Shown here: positions 39,441 to 49,694 of the stretch, one piece after another
Numbering within the stretch: the first letter of the stretch is position 1
How the letters are laid out: each line of letters opens with the position of its first letter
Assembly (NCBI GenBank): GCA_963762565.1
Contig: CAVXLD010000005.1
Span: 160,001 to 224,000 of the forward strand
Source of the DNA: an uncultured Verrucomicrobiae bacterium
GTDB taxonomy: Bacteria > Verrucomicrobiota > Verrucomicrobiia > Chthoniobacterales > JAFAMB01
Reading direction: 5' to 3'
Length of the DNA stretch: 64,000 nucleotides
Notes under the pieces: generated by a model
What the model was told of the DNA's origin: nothing
What the model saw: only the letters and a program-made list of their open reading frames with translations
The model's database searches: none
Program-made: the position numbers and the translations under genes

Positions 39441-40946
39441 ATGTCTACTACGGATACCCAACCTGGGCTCTTTCAGGAATCGGCCCGGCCAACGGTTACA
39501 CCGGCCGGTTCGCGGAACGGTCATAGCAGCCAGATCAAGAACTACGTTCTTGATACCAATGTCCTACTGCATGATCCCCATTCCGTTTATCGATTTGCCG
39601 ATAATCACGTTTGGATCCCCATCGATGTGCTCGGGGAGACCGACAAGTTTAAGAACGAACAGACCGAGCGAGGAGCGAACGCTCGCGCTGTTCACCGGTT
39701 CTTATCCCGCTGCTTTAATCAAAATCGAAAGCTGGTGACGAATGGGGCTAAGACGCCCGGGGGTGGGACTATACGGATCGCGGTCAACGAGTTCCTGGGA
39801 GACCTCCGCACCAACAAAGAGTTTCGTCGATTTCAACAAACGTTCCGTGACCTCGAGCACACGGATAATCGGATCCTAGCCTTTTGTTTGTATGTTCAGG
39901 GCAAGCACTTAGAGCGCACGATTCTGGTCACTAAAGACCTGAATATGCAGTTGAAAGCTCTCTCCATTGGCATCGAGGCTCAGGATTACGAGAACGATAA
40001 AGTCGCTTTGGCGGACGTCGAAGATTATGGGCATCCGATCGTGGAGATCGATCCTAAGAGTCTGCAGCGGTTTGCCAGCTCACGAGAACTACAGCTGGAT
40101 CCCAAGCCAGCCGCCGGCCTAGCCACGAATGAATATGTCTTCCTTTCCGATGGCGATAATAAGTTGATGCCGGCTCGACATTTTGGGGGCGGTCTCTGCC
40201 GGCGTTTAAATCTTCCACCCGCTCTGACGAACCCGCGCGGGGTACATTTGAAACCCATGAACCTCGGCCAACAATGTTTGCTCGATGCGTTACTGGATCC
40301 GGAGATTGCGTTAGTGACCTGCTACGGCCCGGCTGGTACCGGCAAAACTTTGTTGGCGGTTGCCGCCGGACTGCACCTTTACTGGAATGACGTATTTAGC
40401 GGGATCACCGTGAGCCGGCCGGTGGTAGCGATGGGTGACACGCTTGGTTATTTACCGGGCACGCTTAACGAGAAGATGAAGCCGTGGTTGCAGTCGATTT
40501 ACGATGCGTTCGAGTTGTTGCTGCCGCCCAATGTCGCATCCGACAGCTCGCGAAAAGTGAAACGTAACAAAGCGGACCTGAACGGGATGGCCGCTCCGAT
40601 TCCGCAGCTTCGGCCATATGAACAATTGATCGATCAAGGGGTCGTTGAAATCGAGGCCCTGTGTTACATCCGTGGGCGCTCGATCCCGAAGCGTTATTTC
40701 GTTCTCGACGAAGCGCAGCAATTGACGCCGCTGGAAGCGAAGACGGTTGTGACCCGAATGTCAAAAGGCTCTAAGCTAGTCATGGTGGGTGACCCGGCGC
40801 AGATCGACAATCCGTATGTCGATAGCCGTTCCAATGGCCTAGTCTACACCCGCAACCGCCTGAAGAATCAACCGATCACCGCTCATGTTTGTCTGACTAA
40901 GGGTGAACGGAGTGCGCTGGCAGAAGCCGGGGCGTCGCTGATGTAA
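39441..40946 (+). CDS. PIN-PhoH fusion protein (PhoH2/YlaK-like)
   Basis: YVLDTNVLL PIN start, DNRIL, GPAGTGKT, GYLPG, RGRS, DEAQ, GDPAQID. Confidence 0.93.
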   Translation: MSTTDTQPGLFQESARPTVTPAGSRNGHSSQIKNYVLDTNVLLHDPHSVYRFADNHVWIPIDVLGETDKFKNEQTERGANARAVHRFLSRCFNQNRKLVTNGAKTPGGGTIRIAVNEFLGDLRTNKEFRRFQQTFRDLEHTDNRILAFCLYVQGKHLERTILVTKDLNMQLKALSIGIEAQDYENDKVALADVEDYGHPIVEIDPKSLQRFASSRELQLDPKPAAGLATNEYVFLSDGDNKLMPARHFGGGLCRRLNLPPALTNPRGVHLKPMNLGQQCLLDALLDPEIALVTCYGPAGTGKTLLAVAAGLHLYWNDVFSGITVSRPVVAMGDTLGYLPGTLNEKMKPWLQSIYDAFELLLPPNVASDSSRKVKRNKADLNGMAAPIPQLRPYEQLIDQGVVEIEALCYIRGRSIPKRYFVLDEAQQLTPLEAKTVVTRMSKGSKLVMVGDPAQIDNPYVDSRSNGLVYTRNRLKNQPITAHVCLTKGERSALAEAGASLM

Positions 40947-41307
40947 GGTAGGGCGAGGGTGGGAGGGATCACGGCTTGTCCGCCATAGCCCTGATTTCGG
41001 TCGCGTCCTGTCGCGATGATGTTGGCGACGGCGGATCCTCGTGATCCGTTGTTCTCGAAGCCCAGCACAGACCCGATTGGACCGTTCGGCTATTCAGCGA
41101 CGCAGACCGGTTCGCGGCGCGCGGGGATCCGACTTCGCCGAGCCAATCGGAAAGCACGCCAAAGACCGCAGGCTACGTCGGACAGGCTGCGCGCCCTCCC
41201 CGTCAGGGGACGATCATGCGTCGATCCTCTCTTTTTTCGGTTGCTAGGACTCGCAAGCTCGATAAGCATCCGGCTGTGTTGTCCGTTGTCTTTAATCACT
41301 GCTGCCC

Positions 41308-42336
41308 ATGAGAATTGCTTTAGATGCGATGGGTGGCGATTACGCCCCGAAAAATACAATTGAAGGTGCTGCCTTAGCGCTCCAAGCCCTGCCCGAGATT
41401 GAAAAGCTGGTTTTGGTCGGTAGCACCCCAGCTATCGAAGTCGAATTGCAGCGTGTGGGCTGTCGTGACTCGCGCATCGAGATTTTTCACGCCACCGAGG
41501 TTGTCGATATGCATGAATCCGCTGCCAGAGCCATCCGGCAGAAGAAAGATTCATCCGTCGCGCGAGCAATCGACCTGGTAAAGAATAATACAGTCCAAGC
41601 CATGGTGTCTGCCGGCCATACCGGAGCGGTAGTGGCGGCATCCGTATTGAAGTTGCGAACTCTCCCGGGCATCATTAGGCCGGCGGTCTCTTGTCTGATT
41701 CCTACCGAAACCAAGTTGTTCGTGCTGATCGATGCCGGCGCCAATCCCGATTCCGATGCCCATCACATGGTCCAATTCGCGATTATGGGCAGCATTTACG
41801 CCCGCTATGTCCTGAACCGACAGAATCCGAGGATCGGGCTGATGTCCATCGGTGAGGAGGACACGACTGGAAACGAAACCACCAAAGAGGCGTTCAAGCT
41901 ATTGAAACGCACCCGGTTGAATTTCTACGGGAACATTGAAGGCTTCGATCTATTTGCAAATCCGGTGGATGTGGTCGTTTGCGATGGATTCACCGGTAAT
42001 GTCGTGCTGAAGACGGCCGAAGCGGCGGCTATAGCTATTTTTGCATCTTTAAAGCACGAGCTCTTCAAGAGTCCGATTCGCAAGTTGGGAGCGTCCTTCG
42101 CCAAAGGCGCATTCCAGACTATCCGGCGGAAAATGAATCCGGATACCTACGGAGGCAGCCAATTACTGGGAGTCAATGGCATCTGCATCATTGCGCACGG
42201 CGCCAGTTCTCCACTGGCGATCAAAAACGCCATTCGCGCGGCTGCAGATTCAATCAAGTACGAACTGAACCCTCAGATTATCAAAGAGATCGAAGCCTGC
42301 GAGGCGAGTCTCAAGGAGACAGCGAATAGCCAGTAG
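41308..42336 (+). CDS. plsX: Phosphate acyltransferase
   Basis: IALDAMGGDYAP, SAGHTGA, VVCDGFTGNVVLK. Confidence 0.96.
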   Translation: MRIALDAMGGDYAPKNTIEGAALALQALPEIEKLVLVGSTPAIEVELQRVGCRDSRIEIFHATEVVDMHESAARAIRQKKDSSVARAIDLVKNNTVQAMVSAGHTGAVVAASVLKLRTLPGIIRPAVSCLIPTETKLFVLIDAGANPDSDAHHMVQFAIMGSIYARYVLNRQNPRIGLMSIGEEDTTGNETTKEAFKLLKRTRLNFYGNIEGFDLFANPVDVVVCDGFTGNVVLKTAEAAAIAIFASLKHELFKSPIRKLGASFAKGAFQTIRRKMNPDTYGGSQLLGVNGICIIAHGASSPLAIKNAIRAAADSIKYELNPQIIKEIEACEASLKETANSQ

Positions 42337-42351
42337 GGAGGCGGTCGGAAC

Positions 42352-42476
42352 GGGGAGGGATCGCGTCCTCGCGATCCGTGAAGGCGTTCCTAACCTTGAG
42401 GCGTGTTTTTAGTCATTCAACAATCGCCTGGCGCTCGACTTCGCGAACAACGGCGCGCGGGGACGCGCGCCCTCCC
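42352..42476. repeat. REP doublet, family C
   Basis: GGGGAGGGATCGCGTCCTCGCGATCCG-72nt-CGGCGCGCGGGGACGCGCGCCCTCCC. Confidence 0.85.
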
Positions 42477-42510
42477 GATTTGGGCGAAGGCCGGCGTCTG
42501 TGTTCAAACT

Positions 42511-42557
42511 TTTTTCCGCAAAAGTCCGACAGAAATAGCAAAACTGCGACAGCAGGG
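42511..42557 (+). promoter_or_regulatory. Candidate direct-repeat operator (GCAAAAN4GACA x2, 20-bp period)
   Basis: Conserved at 43991-44037 upstream of the next oxidoreductase gene. Confidence 0.4.
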
Positions 42558-42691
42558 TAGGTCCGACCTGCTGTAGTAATCCTACGTGGGGAGGGGCTTT
42601 TCTGGGGTTAAGCCGGCAATTTCCCGACCGGTGGAACTGATTTGCTAGCCGCACTCGCGAAAACGATTAAATTGGGAGCAATACTACAGCT

Positions 42692-43744
42692 ATGAATAAT
42701 ACAAAGGCTTATGCCGCTAACAGCCCGACCGATCCGTTGGGCCCGTTCAGTTTTCAGCGGCGCGACGTTGGCCCGCACGATGTCCAAATTGATATCCTCT
42801 ATTGCGGAGTCTGCCATTCCGATATTCACCAAGCCCGCGATGAGTGGGGCGGTTCTATCTATCCGATGGTGCCTGGTCACGAGATTGTTGGGCGAGTGAT
42901 CAAGACCGGCAATCACGTAACCAAATTCAAAGCAGGTGATCTGGCTGGAGTCGGATGTTTCGTCGATTCCTGTCGCGAATGCCCGGAATGCAGAGCTGGC
43001 CTCGAGCAGTATTGCGACAAAGGGATGAGTGCTACGTATAACGGTTACGAGCAGGACAAAAAAACGCCGACCTATGGCGGCTATTCTACCCAGATTGTCG
43101 TGGATGAAAATTATGTGCTGTCTGTTTCTCCAAAGCTGGCTGTAGAAGGGGTAGGGCCTCTGTTGTGTGCCGGTATCACGACTTACTCGCCGCTTCGCCA
43201 CTGGAAAGTCGGACCGGGGCAGAAGGTTGCCGTTCTTGGGCTGGGCGGATTAGGTCATATGGCGGTCAAGCTAGCGTCGTCCTTTGGTGCTGAGGTCACC
43301 ATGCTGAGCACATCTGCCTCAAAGGAGGCCGACGCGAAGCGCCTCGGTGCTGAACGGTTTGTGCTGACAAAGGATCCGGAAGCGTTCAGCAAATTGGCTA
43401 AAACGTTCGATGTCATTATCGATACCGTCTCCGCGCAACACGACTTGGAACCCTATTTTTCGACTTTGAAAACGGACGGGGTCCTCGTGCTCGTTGGTCT
43501 CCCGCCTGAACCGCTCCCGGTATCGGGTTTCAGCCTGGTACCGAAACGCAGGAGCCTGGTTGGGTCGATGATCGGTGGGATTCAGGAAACTCAGGAAATG
43601 CTGGATTACTGCGCCGCACATAACATCACGTCTGACGTGGAAGTGATTCCGATCCAACAAATCAACGAGGCTTGGGAACGCACGATCAAGGGCCAGGTGA
43701 AATATCGGTTCGTGATCGATATCGCATCCTTGAAGAGCGAGTAA
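42692..43744 (+). CDS. NAD(P)-dependent Zn alcohol/aldehyde dehydrogenase (YahK/CAD-like)
   Basis: CGVCHSD, GHEIVG, CRECPEC...C, GLGGLG. Confidence 0.93.
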   Translation: MNNTKAYAANSPTDPLGPFSFQRRDVGPHDVQIDILYCGVCHSDIHQARDEWGGSIYPMVPGHEIVGRVIKTGNHVTKFKAGDLAGVGCFVDSCRECPECRAGLEQYCDKGMSATYNGYEQDKKTPTYGGYSTQIVVDENYVLSVSPKLAVEGVGPLLCAGITTYSPLRHWKVGPGQKVAVLGLGGLGHMAVKLASSFGAEVTMLSTSASKEADAKRLGAERFVLTKDPEAFSKLAKTFDVIIDTVSAQHDLEPYFSTLKTDGVLVLVGLPPEPLPVSGFSLVPKRRSLVGSMIGGIQETQEMLDYCAAHNITSDVEVIPIQQINEAWERTIKGQVKYRFVIDIASLKSE

Positions 43745-44277
43745 GGGACGGCGCATTGGAGGCGACGCGCCGGAGCATGGATAGCGTTTCGGTGGGTGCA
43801 GTGTGGGGCAGAGCGCCCGAATAGGACTTATAGGACCGATATGACTTATAGGTCATATAGGTCCTATCCGTTGTCAGCATCTATGGTGATGAGGCACCTG
43901 AGCCTTTGCTGGGCGCCTTAGTGGCTCTCTGGGAGACGTCGGGCTTCGCGAACGGCGGATCGCGAGGACGCGATCCCTCCCGGCGTGGCTCTTTTTCCGC
44001 AAAAACCCGACAAGCTCAGCAAAACCCCGAGAGAGGGATCGGGTGGCGGACTGTATGTTCGGCTTGTGAGAATTGACTCAGGAATGAACAATAATAAGGC
44101 GCGTGTTCGCACTAGTCCGGCCTCCTTAATCTTTTCGGCGGTTTGGGGGTTCGATTCTGCTTCGACGACCTGCGGGCGTCGCAAGCGAAAGGAATTAGCG
44201 ACCCTGTACGCCGCGTACGCCTCCTTTCTAACCCACTAACTAAACGTTCAAGATAGAAATACCTAACGAATCATATT

Positions 44278-45276
44278 ATGGCATCGATTCCTTTTCGTCC
44301 GCTTGGCAGTTCCGGCATCAACGTCTCTGCCCTCGGTTTGGGCTGCATGGGGATGACTTGGGCTTACGGGCCCAGTGATGAAGCAGAAGCACTGCGGGTT
44401 CTGCGGCGCTACGTTGAGTTAGGCGGCAATTTTCTTGATACCGCCGAAGTCTACGGTCCTTACACGAACGAAGAATTGCTCGGACGATTTCTCCGGGAAG
44501 TACCCCGGGAAAGAGTGGCGGTGGCAACGAAGTTCGGTTTCAAATTGGTCAACGGCGAGCGGCTAGGGCTGGATAGTTCGCCGGAGAACATCCGCCGTGC
44601 CTGCGATGGCAGTCTACGCCGGCTAGGCATCGACCACATCGATCTGTATTATCAACATCGGGTCGATCCTAATGTGCCGATCGAAGATACCATTAGTGCG
44701 GCTAAGGAGTTGGTTGCGGCTGGAAAGGTCCGGGCCATTGGCTTGTCTGAGGCTCATCCGGACACGATTCGGCGAGCGGCCAAAGTGCATCCGATCGCGG
44801 CGCTGCAGAATGAGTATTCGCTCTGGACGCGCGACATCGAAACCAACGGCACTCTGGCGACCTGTCGAGAATTGGGGATCACGCTTGTTCCCTATAGCCC
44901 GTTAGGGCGCGGCTTCTTAACGGGAGCGATCCAGAAACCTTCCGATCTCGACCCGAGCGATTGGCGGTTAACTAATCCGCGCTTCGCTGAAGCGGTGTTT
45001 GAGACTAACCTCAAACTTGCTGAGGCGGTGAAAGCGCTGGCCGCGAAGAAAAACTGTACACCCGCTCAGTTCGCTCTGGCCTGGGTTCTGGCTCAAGGGA
45101 ACGATATGATCCCGATCCCGGGCACCAAGCGGCTGAAGTATCTGGAAGACAACATGGGCGCGCTAGCCGTGCAGCTAACCGAGGCCGATCTGAAGGAGAC
45201 AAATGCGACCTTCAGCGAGCTGGCCGTGGCCGGCGAACGTTATACGCCCGAGTTGATGGCCGCGGTGCATCGCTAA
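44278..45276 (+). CDS. Aldo/keto reductase
   Basis: [40 protein letters not shown]. Confidence 0.94.
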   Translation: MASIPFRPLGSSGINVSALGLGCMGMTWAYGPSDEAEALRVLRRYVELGGNFLDTAEVYGPYTNEELLGRFLREVPRERVAVATKFGFKLVNGERLGLDSSPENIRRACDGSLRRLGIDHIDLYYQHRVDPNVPIEDTISAAKELVAAGKVRAIGLSEAHPDTIRRAAKVHPIAALQNEYSLWTRDIETNGTLATCRELGITLVPYSPLGRGFLTGAIQKPSDLDPSDWRLTNPRFAEAVFETNLKLAEAVKALAAKKNCTPAQFALAWVLAQGNDMIPIPGTKRLKYLEDNMGALAVQLTEADLKETNATFSELAVAGERYTPELMAAVHR

Positions 45277-45278
45277 TC

Positions 45279-45401
45279 GGGGAGGGCGCGCGTCCCCGCG
45301 CGCCGCGAGGGTGTGCCACAACCCTAAGGCGTATTTTCACCCGAGATCACAATACATCCTCGGCTTCGGTAACCACGGATCGCGAGGACGCGATCCCTCC
45401 C
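45279..45401. repeat. REP doublet, family C
   Basis: GGGGAGGGCGCGCGTCCCCGCGCGCCG-70nt-CGGATCGCGAGGACGCGATCCCTCCC. Confidence 0.85.
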
Positions 45402-45624
45402 GGCGTTGGGCCTGGCACTCAATCCGAGAACGGAGGCGCCGCGAGCGGCGCGACGGTGTAAGCGCGCCCGCATCCGGTCTGTCAAGGGAACGTTACTTGA
45501 CACTATTAAAGCCCGACCTATCAAATAGGGCTTCTCGCGAACATGGAGGATTCATTACCGGATGTTGATGCTGTTCCCAAGGCGTGGTTGTTCGATTTGG
45601 GCCCCGGTCGAGCGCAAATCCAGT

Positions 45625-45662
45625 AAATTAGTGTTAGCTAATATTATTTGTTCACACTAATA
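45625..45662. promoter_or_regulatory. Candidate DtxR/MntR-family operator(s)
   Basis: AAATTAG-TGTTAG-CTAATAT palindrome (TTAG-N6-CTAA) plus a weaker adjacent TTTG-N6-CTAA. Confidence 0.5.
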
Positions 45663-45683
45663 TCGCCAGCTTTACACCTTTCT

Positions 45684-47087
45684 GTGATCAATACCGCGAG
45701 ACTTTCCTTTCAGCTCCTGATCGTCTCTGCCCTCATAATTCCGTTCACCTTCGCCGCACGGGCACAGGATAACTCGCTACAGACCGCCGACGACTCTGAC
45801 GGCAAAACGCCGGTCCCCCTGGAAAAGAAGGCAGAACCGTCAGAGGCACCCGAACAACAGAACTGGGCCATTCATGTCGACGCGATTGAAGTCTTTCAAG
45901 GCCAACCAGGGTTTCATGCACCCTATAGCGGCACGAACAGCCTGTATCCGGACGAAACCTTTGACCAGACCAGCGAGGCCGATCTTTTTATCGATTTTCG
46001 TCTCTGGCCGGGCGCCGAATTTTATTTCAACCCTGAGTACTATCAGGGTTTCGGTCTGGGCATTACCCATGGGCTCGTCGACTTTCCGAATTCGATGGCC
46101 TACAAAGTTGGCAAATATCGAGGCGACGTAAATATTCCGCATCTTTTCATTCGCCAGATCATCGGTTTCGGTGGCGAACAAGAGCAACTGGACGCTGACG
46201 AACTGCAATTGGCTGAGAAAGTCGACATTTCGCGGCTAACCATCCAAGTCGGGAGAATGGCGGTTACCGATATCTTCGATAATAACGCTTATGCACACAA
46301 TCCAAGAGGCGATTTTCTTAACTGGGGCGCGGTCGATGGCATCGCTTTTGACTACCCGGCGGATGCGCTCGGGTATGAAGAAGGTGCGACCATTGAGCTG
46401 AACCAGAAAGGATGGGCCTTACGATACGCCTGGTTCACGATTCCGGAGCGTGGCAATCAAAACGCGACCAACGGCCGATATCTCGAGGGTTGGGATCAAG
46501 TTATTGAACTGGAGGAGCGCTACAACCTATTCGGCCATCCAGGTAAGCTCCGTCTCTTGGGATATCTCGAGCGAGCGAATATGGGCAGTTACCGAGCGAC
46601 CACAGACGAACCAAGTCTGCAGGCGGATATTATCGCGACGCGAAGATACCGATTAACCGAGGGGTTCGAAATCAACTTCGAACAAGAAATTACTTCGGAT
46701 CTCGGTGCCTTTCTTCGCCTGAGCGCGCGCAATCCGAACTATGAGGCCTGGCAATTCACTGATGCTTCGCGTGGCTTGGAAGTCGGTCTCTCTCTCAAGG
46801 GCACTGCTTGGCGGCGCCCGGACGACACGGTTGGGATAGCAGAGATGGCCACAGGAATCGGCCGCGCAGAGCAGGCTTGGTTCAACGCTGGCGGCCTCGG
46901 CATCTTGGCCGGCGATGGCAAACTACCGAATTACGGTCTCGAGAATGTGATTGAATTCTATTACAACTTCGAAGTCTACAAAGGGATTAACTTTACCTTC
47001 GATTATCAATTCGTGGCGAACCCGGCTTTCAACGAGGACCGCGGACCGGTCAATATTATCGGCGGGCGTATTGATGTGAAATTCTGA
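45684..47087 (+). CDS. OprB-family porin (MnoP-like, putative Mn2+ porin)
   Basis: Signal peptide; FHAPYSGTNSL, RLWPGAEFYFNPE, DYPADALGY, NPAFNEDRGP, terminal Phe; probable GTG start 45684. Confidence 0.85.
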   Translation: MINTARLSFQLLIVSALIIPFTFAARAQDNSLQTADDSDGKTPVPLEKKAEPSEAPEQQNWAIHVDAIEVFQGQPGFHAPYSGTNSLYPDETFDQTSEADLFIDFRLWPGAEFYFNPEYYQGFGLGITHGLVDFPNSMAYKVGKYRGDVNIPHLFIRQIIGFGGEQEQLDADELQLAEKVDISRLTIQVGRMAVTDIFDNNAYAHNPRGDFLNWGAVDGIAFDYPADALGYEEGATIELNQKGWALRYAWFTIPERGNQNATNGRYLEGWDQVIELEERYNLFGHPGKLRLLGYLERANMGSYRATTDEPSLQADIIATRRYRLTEGFEINFEQEITSDLGAFLRLSARNPNYEAWQFTDASRGLEVGLSLKGTAWRRPDDTVGIAEMATGIGRAEQAWFNAGGLGILAGDGKLPNYGLENVIEFYYNFEVYKGINFTFDYQFVANPAFNEDRGPVNIIGGRIDVKF

Positions 47088-47219
47088 GAAGGAGTTCCAG
47101 CTGTTCCAGGCTTGCCCGACGTAGCTTTCCATTCTGTCGGTTGAGATTTCTGTCGGCGGCGAAGTCATCTGCTATTTGCTATTTCCTCAGGGTCGCTCCT
47201 AGCTCCTAGCTTCTAGATC

Positions 47220-48245
47220 CTAGCTCCTCAAGATTTCTTCCGACTCGTTCACCTTGCTTCCGCGGAACAGACGGCGCCCCTCGATAATTTGCCAGACAAT
47301 CAAGCCCGGCACGGTAAACAAGGCTTCCCGTCCGCGCCGGATCAAAGAAAGCGCGAGAGCAATATCGCCGGGGATCCCTAGCAGGCCGCAGACCACGACC
47401 ATGCCACCCTCGAATACACCGAGACCGGCGGGAACGATAAACAAGACCGTGCGAACCCCCTGGCCGATGATCTCGACAATCCCAGCGGTCAGGAAACTCG
47501 CGTGTACTCCGAGTGCGAAAAGCGCTATCCAGGTTTCCAGGCTGGCGATGAACCAGGTGACAATCCACAGCAGGCTATAGATCAGTAAAGCCGCGCGCCG
47601 GGAGTAAAGGGAGCGCAGTGTTTGGTCAAACGTCGCGCCTCCTCTGGTGAACGAATCCCATTTAGAAATGTCTTTTACTCGCGAAATCAGGGCCGTAGTT
47701 AAGCGAAAGAACCCAAGTCGCTGGATAACGCAGAACGCCAGCACAGCCAGCAAGGCAATCACTCCGGCAGCAGAAATGGGAAGATAGAGACGCTGGAGAC
47801 CAGTGATGCTCGCGATCAAAAGCATGGCGCCGACGGTGAACAAAATTCTCAATGTGATGCTAAGCGTCATGTTCACGACGATGACGGCGGCTGCCAGGGT
47901 CGTAGATATCCCTCTAGTGATAGTAGCCAGACGGGTAGTTAGAATGTCACCGCCAAGTCGGGACGAAGGCAAAATGTCATTCACTGACCCGCCAACCCAT
48001 CGGATCCAGACAGCGGCGAGAAGCCTGGGTCGATTTGGCTTCGGAAAAAGCGCTGCCCAAGCAGCGCCATCGCTAAATAATCGCCCTGTACTGATCGCTA
48101 CAATGACCGGGAACGCCCAGCTCGCATGGGCGAGAGCGGCGATGATTTTGGCGGCGCCTTCGCGAACGATCAGCGCGGTCAATAGCGCCGCGCCAGCGAC
48201 ACCCAAAACGTACCCGATTAGCCGAATTCTAGATCCCTTTTTCAT
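47220..48245 (-). CDS. Lysylphosphatidylglycerol synthase-TM/flippase-like membrane protein (HpnL-like)
   Basis: Multi-TM, VND.LPS.RLGGD, VPAGLGVFEGG, SLIRRGRE. Confidence 0.8.
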   Translation of the reverse strand: MKKGSRIRLIGYVLGVAGAALLTALIVREGAAKIIAALAHASWAFPVIVAISTGRLFSDGAAWAALFPKPNRPRLLAAVWIRWVGGSVNDILPSSRLGGDILTTRLATITRGISTTLAAAVIVVNMTLSITLRILFTVGAMLLIASITGLQRLYLPISAAGVIALLAVLAFCVIQRLGFFRLTTALISRVKDISKWDSFTRGGATFDQTLRSLYSRRAALLIYSLLWIVTWFIASLETWIALFALGVHASFLTAGIVEIIGQGVRTVLFIVPAGLGVFEGGMVVVCGLLGIPGDIALALSLIRRGREALFTVPGLIVWQIIEGRRLFRGSKVNESEEILRS

Positions 48246-48273
48246 GCGCTAAACTCGCCAGAAGCTCGGTAAG

Positions 48274-48515
48274 CAATAGCAAATAGCAAAAGCGGAGTTC
48301 AAGGAGTTCAAGGGGTTGCAGGAGTTCAAGGAGAAGAGCGGTGGACGAGCTTTGGACGGAGCCGCGTGCTGTCTACTTAAAGAAATGCCACGCGACAAAG
48401 CGACCCCCAAACGTCTTGTGAGTGACACCCGGCCTCCTGATCCTGGATGCCCGCCTTGAACTCCTGTAACTCCTTGAACTCCTCGAACTCCTTCTTGTAT
48501 CTGCTATTTGCTATT
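48274..48515. repeat. Nested inverted STR pairs: heptamer (AATAGCA) enclosing nonamer (AGGAGTTCA)
   Basis: aatagcaaatagca-[ggagttcaaggagttcaa ... ttgaactcctgtaactccttgaactcc]-tgctatttgctatt. Confidence 0.8.
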
Positions 48516-48546
48516 ACGGAGCGAGCTTCAGGCGAGCTCCGGAGAT

Positions 48547-49284
48547 ATGAACTCTAAGCGGTTAGTGCCATTCATTGCTGGAATACTGGCTGGCCTATTG
48601 GCCATTTGGCTCCTAGTTGCTTACTTGCTGGTTCCAATGGGTTGGAAAATGTATGCCTCCCGGCACAAAGCGATCACCGATGGACCCCGGATTACCACGA
48701 CCAGCGCTGGCATACACGGTGACCCGCTTAATCTTTCTTTTATTGGAGACGAAAACGATTTGGTATCGGCGATGTTAGCTGCCGGTTGGTATCCGGCAGA
48801 TCCAATTACTCTGAAAAGCAGCCTCCGTATCGCCGAGAGTACGATTTTTCATCGGCCTTACATCGACGCTCCGGTGAGTAATCTGATGCTGTTTGGCCGC
48901 AAAGAGGATTTAGCGTTCGAAAAACCCGTCGGAAACGATGCACGTCAACGCCATCACGTTCGCTTTTGGCAGGTGCCGGCCCAGAGCGATTCCGGTAAGC
49001 CATACTGGCTTGGCGCCATCACTTTTGATCACAGCGTTGGGTTCAGCCATACGACTGGGCAAATCACCCACCATATTGCGCCGGATGTAGATACCGAACG
49101 AGACGGTTTGATCGTTGATCTTCAACGAGCCAGTAAGGTTTCTTCAATTGATTGGGAAGACAATTTCCAAGATCCTCCCCAAGGCCGGAATGGGGGAGGT
49201 GATCCCTGGAGGACGGACGGCCGTTTGCCAGTCATTACGCTGGCGACGGCAGCGCCAGTTGCGTCCCCGAGTGCGTCGCAGTGA
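48547..49284 (+). CDS. LssY C-terminal domain protein
   Basis: N-terminal TM, GDPLN, APVSNL.LFGR.EDLAFEK, RHHVRFW, THHIAPDVD.ERD, NGGGDPW.TDG. Confidence 0.85.
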   Translation: MNSKRLVPFIAGILAGLLAIWLLVAYLLVPMGWKMYASRHKAITDGPRITTTSAGIHGDPLNLSFIGDENDLVSAMLAAGWYPADPITLKSSLRIAESTIFHRPYIDAPVSNLMLFGRKEDLAFEKPVGNDARQRHHVRFWQVPAQSDSGKPYWLGAITFDHSVGFSHTTGQITHHIAPDVDTERDGLIVDLQRASKVSSIDWEDNFQDPPQGRNGGGDPWRTDGRLPVITLATAAPVASPSASQ

Positions 49285-49528
49285 GGGGGCGATCCTCCGG
49301 CTTCGCCCTAGCGGCGTTTTCTCCGCAATCGTCCATTCCTCGATCGTCAACGATCCAAGAAAGGAGCAGTATGAACCTTCCAACTCACTTATTCTTGGAT
49401 GCAGAGATCGCTAAGAGGCGCCTCCGAGAGGAGTTTATGCCGCCGTCAGAGGCGGATTCGGACGACCGCTAACGCGGTTTGGCCCCCTGCAAGGACGTCC
49501 AACCCAGTGGCGTCGCAGCGTGCAAATC

Positions 49529-49679
49529 GGGGAGGGCGCGCGTCCCCGCGCGCCGTTAGGACGTGCCATCACCCAAGGCCGTATTTTTGTCCGGGATTTA
49601 CAACCCGTCCTCAGCTTCGCTAATAAAGCGGATCGCGAGGACGCGATCCCTCCCGCGCGCGGCGACGCGCGCCCTCCCC
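49529..49679. repeat. REP doublet plus extra REP, family C
   Basis: Doublet with 73-nt spacer followed directly by a third REP. Confidence 0.85.
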
Positions 49680-49694
49680 GAACGAAGCTCCTTA

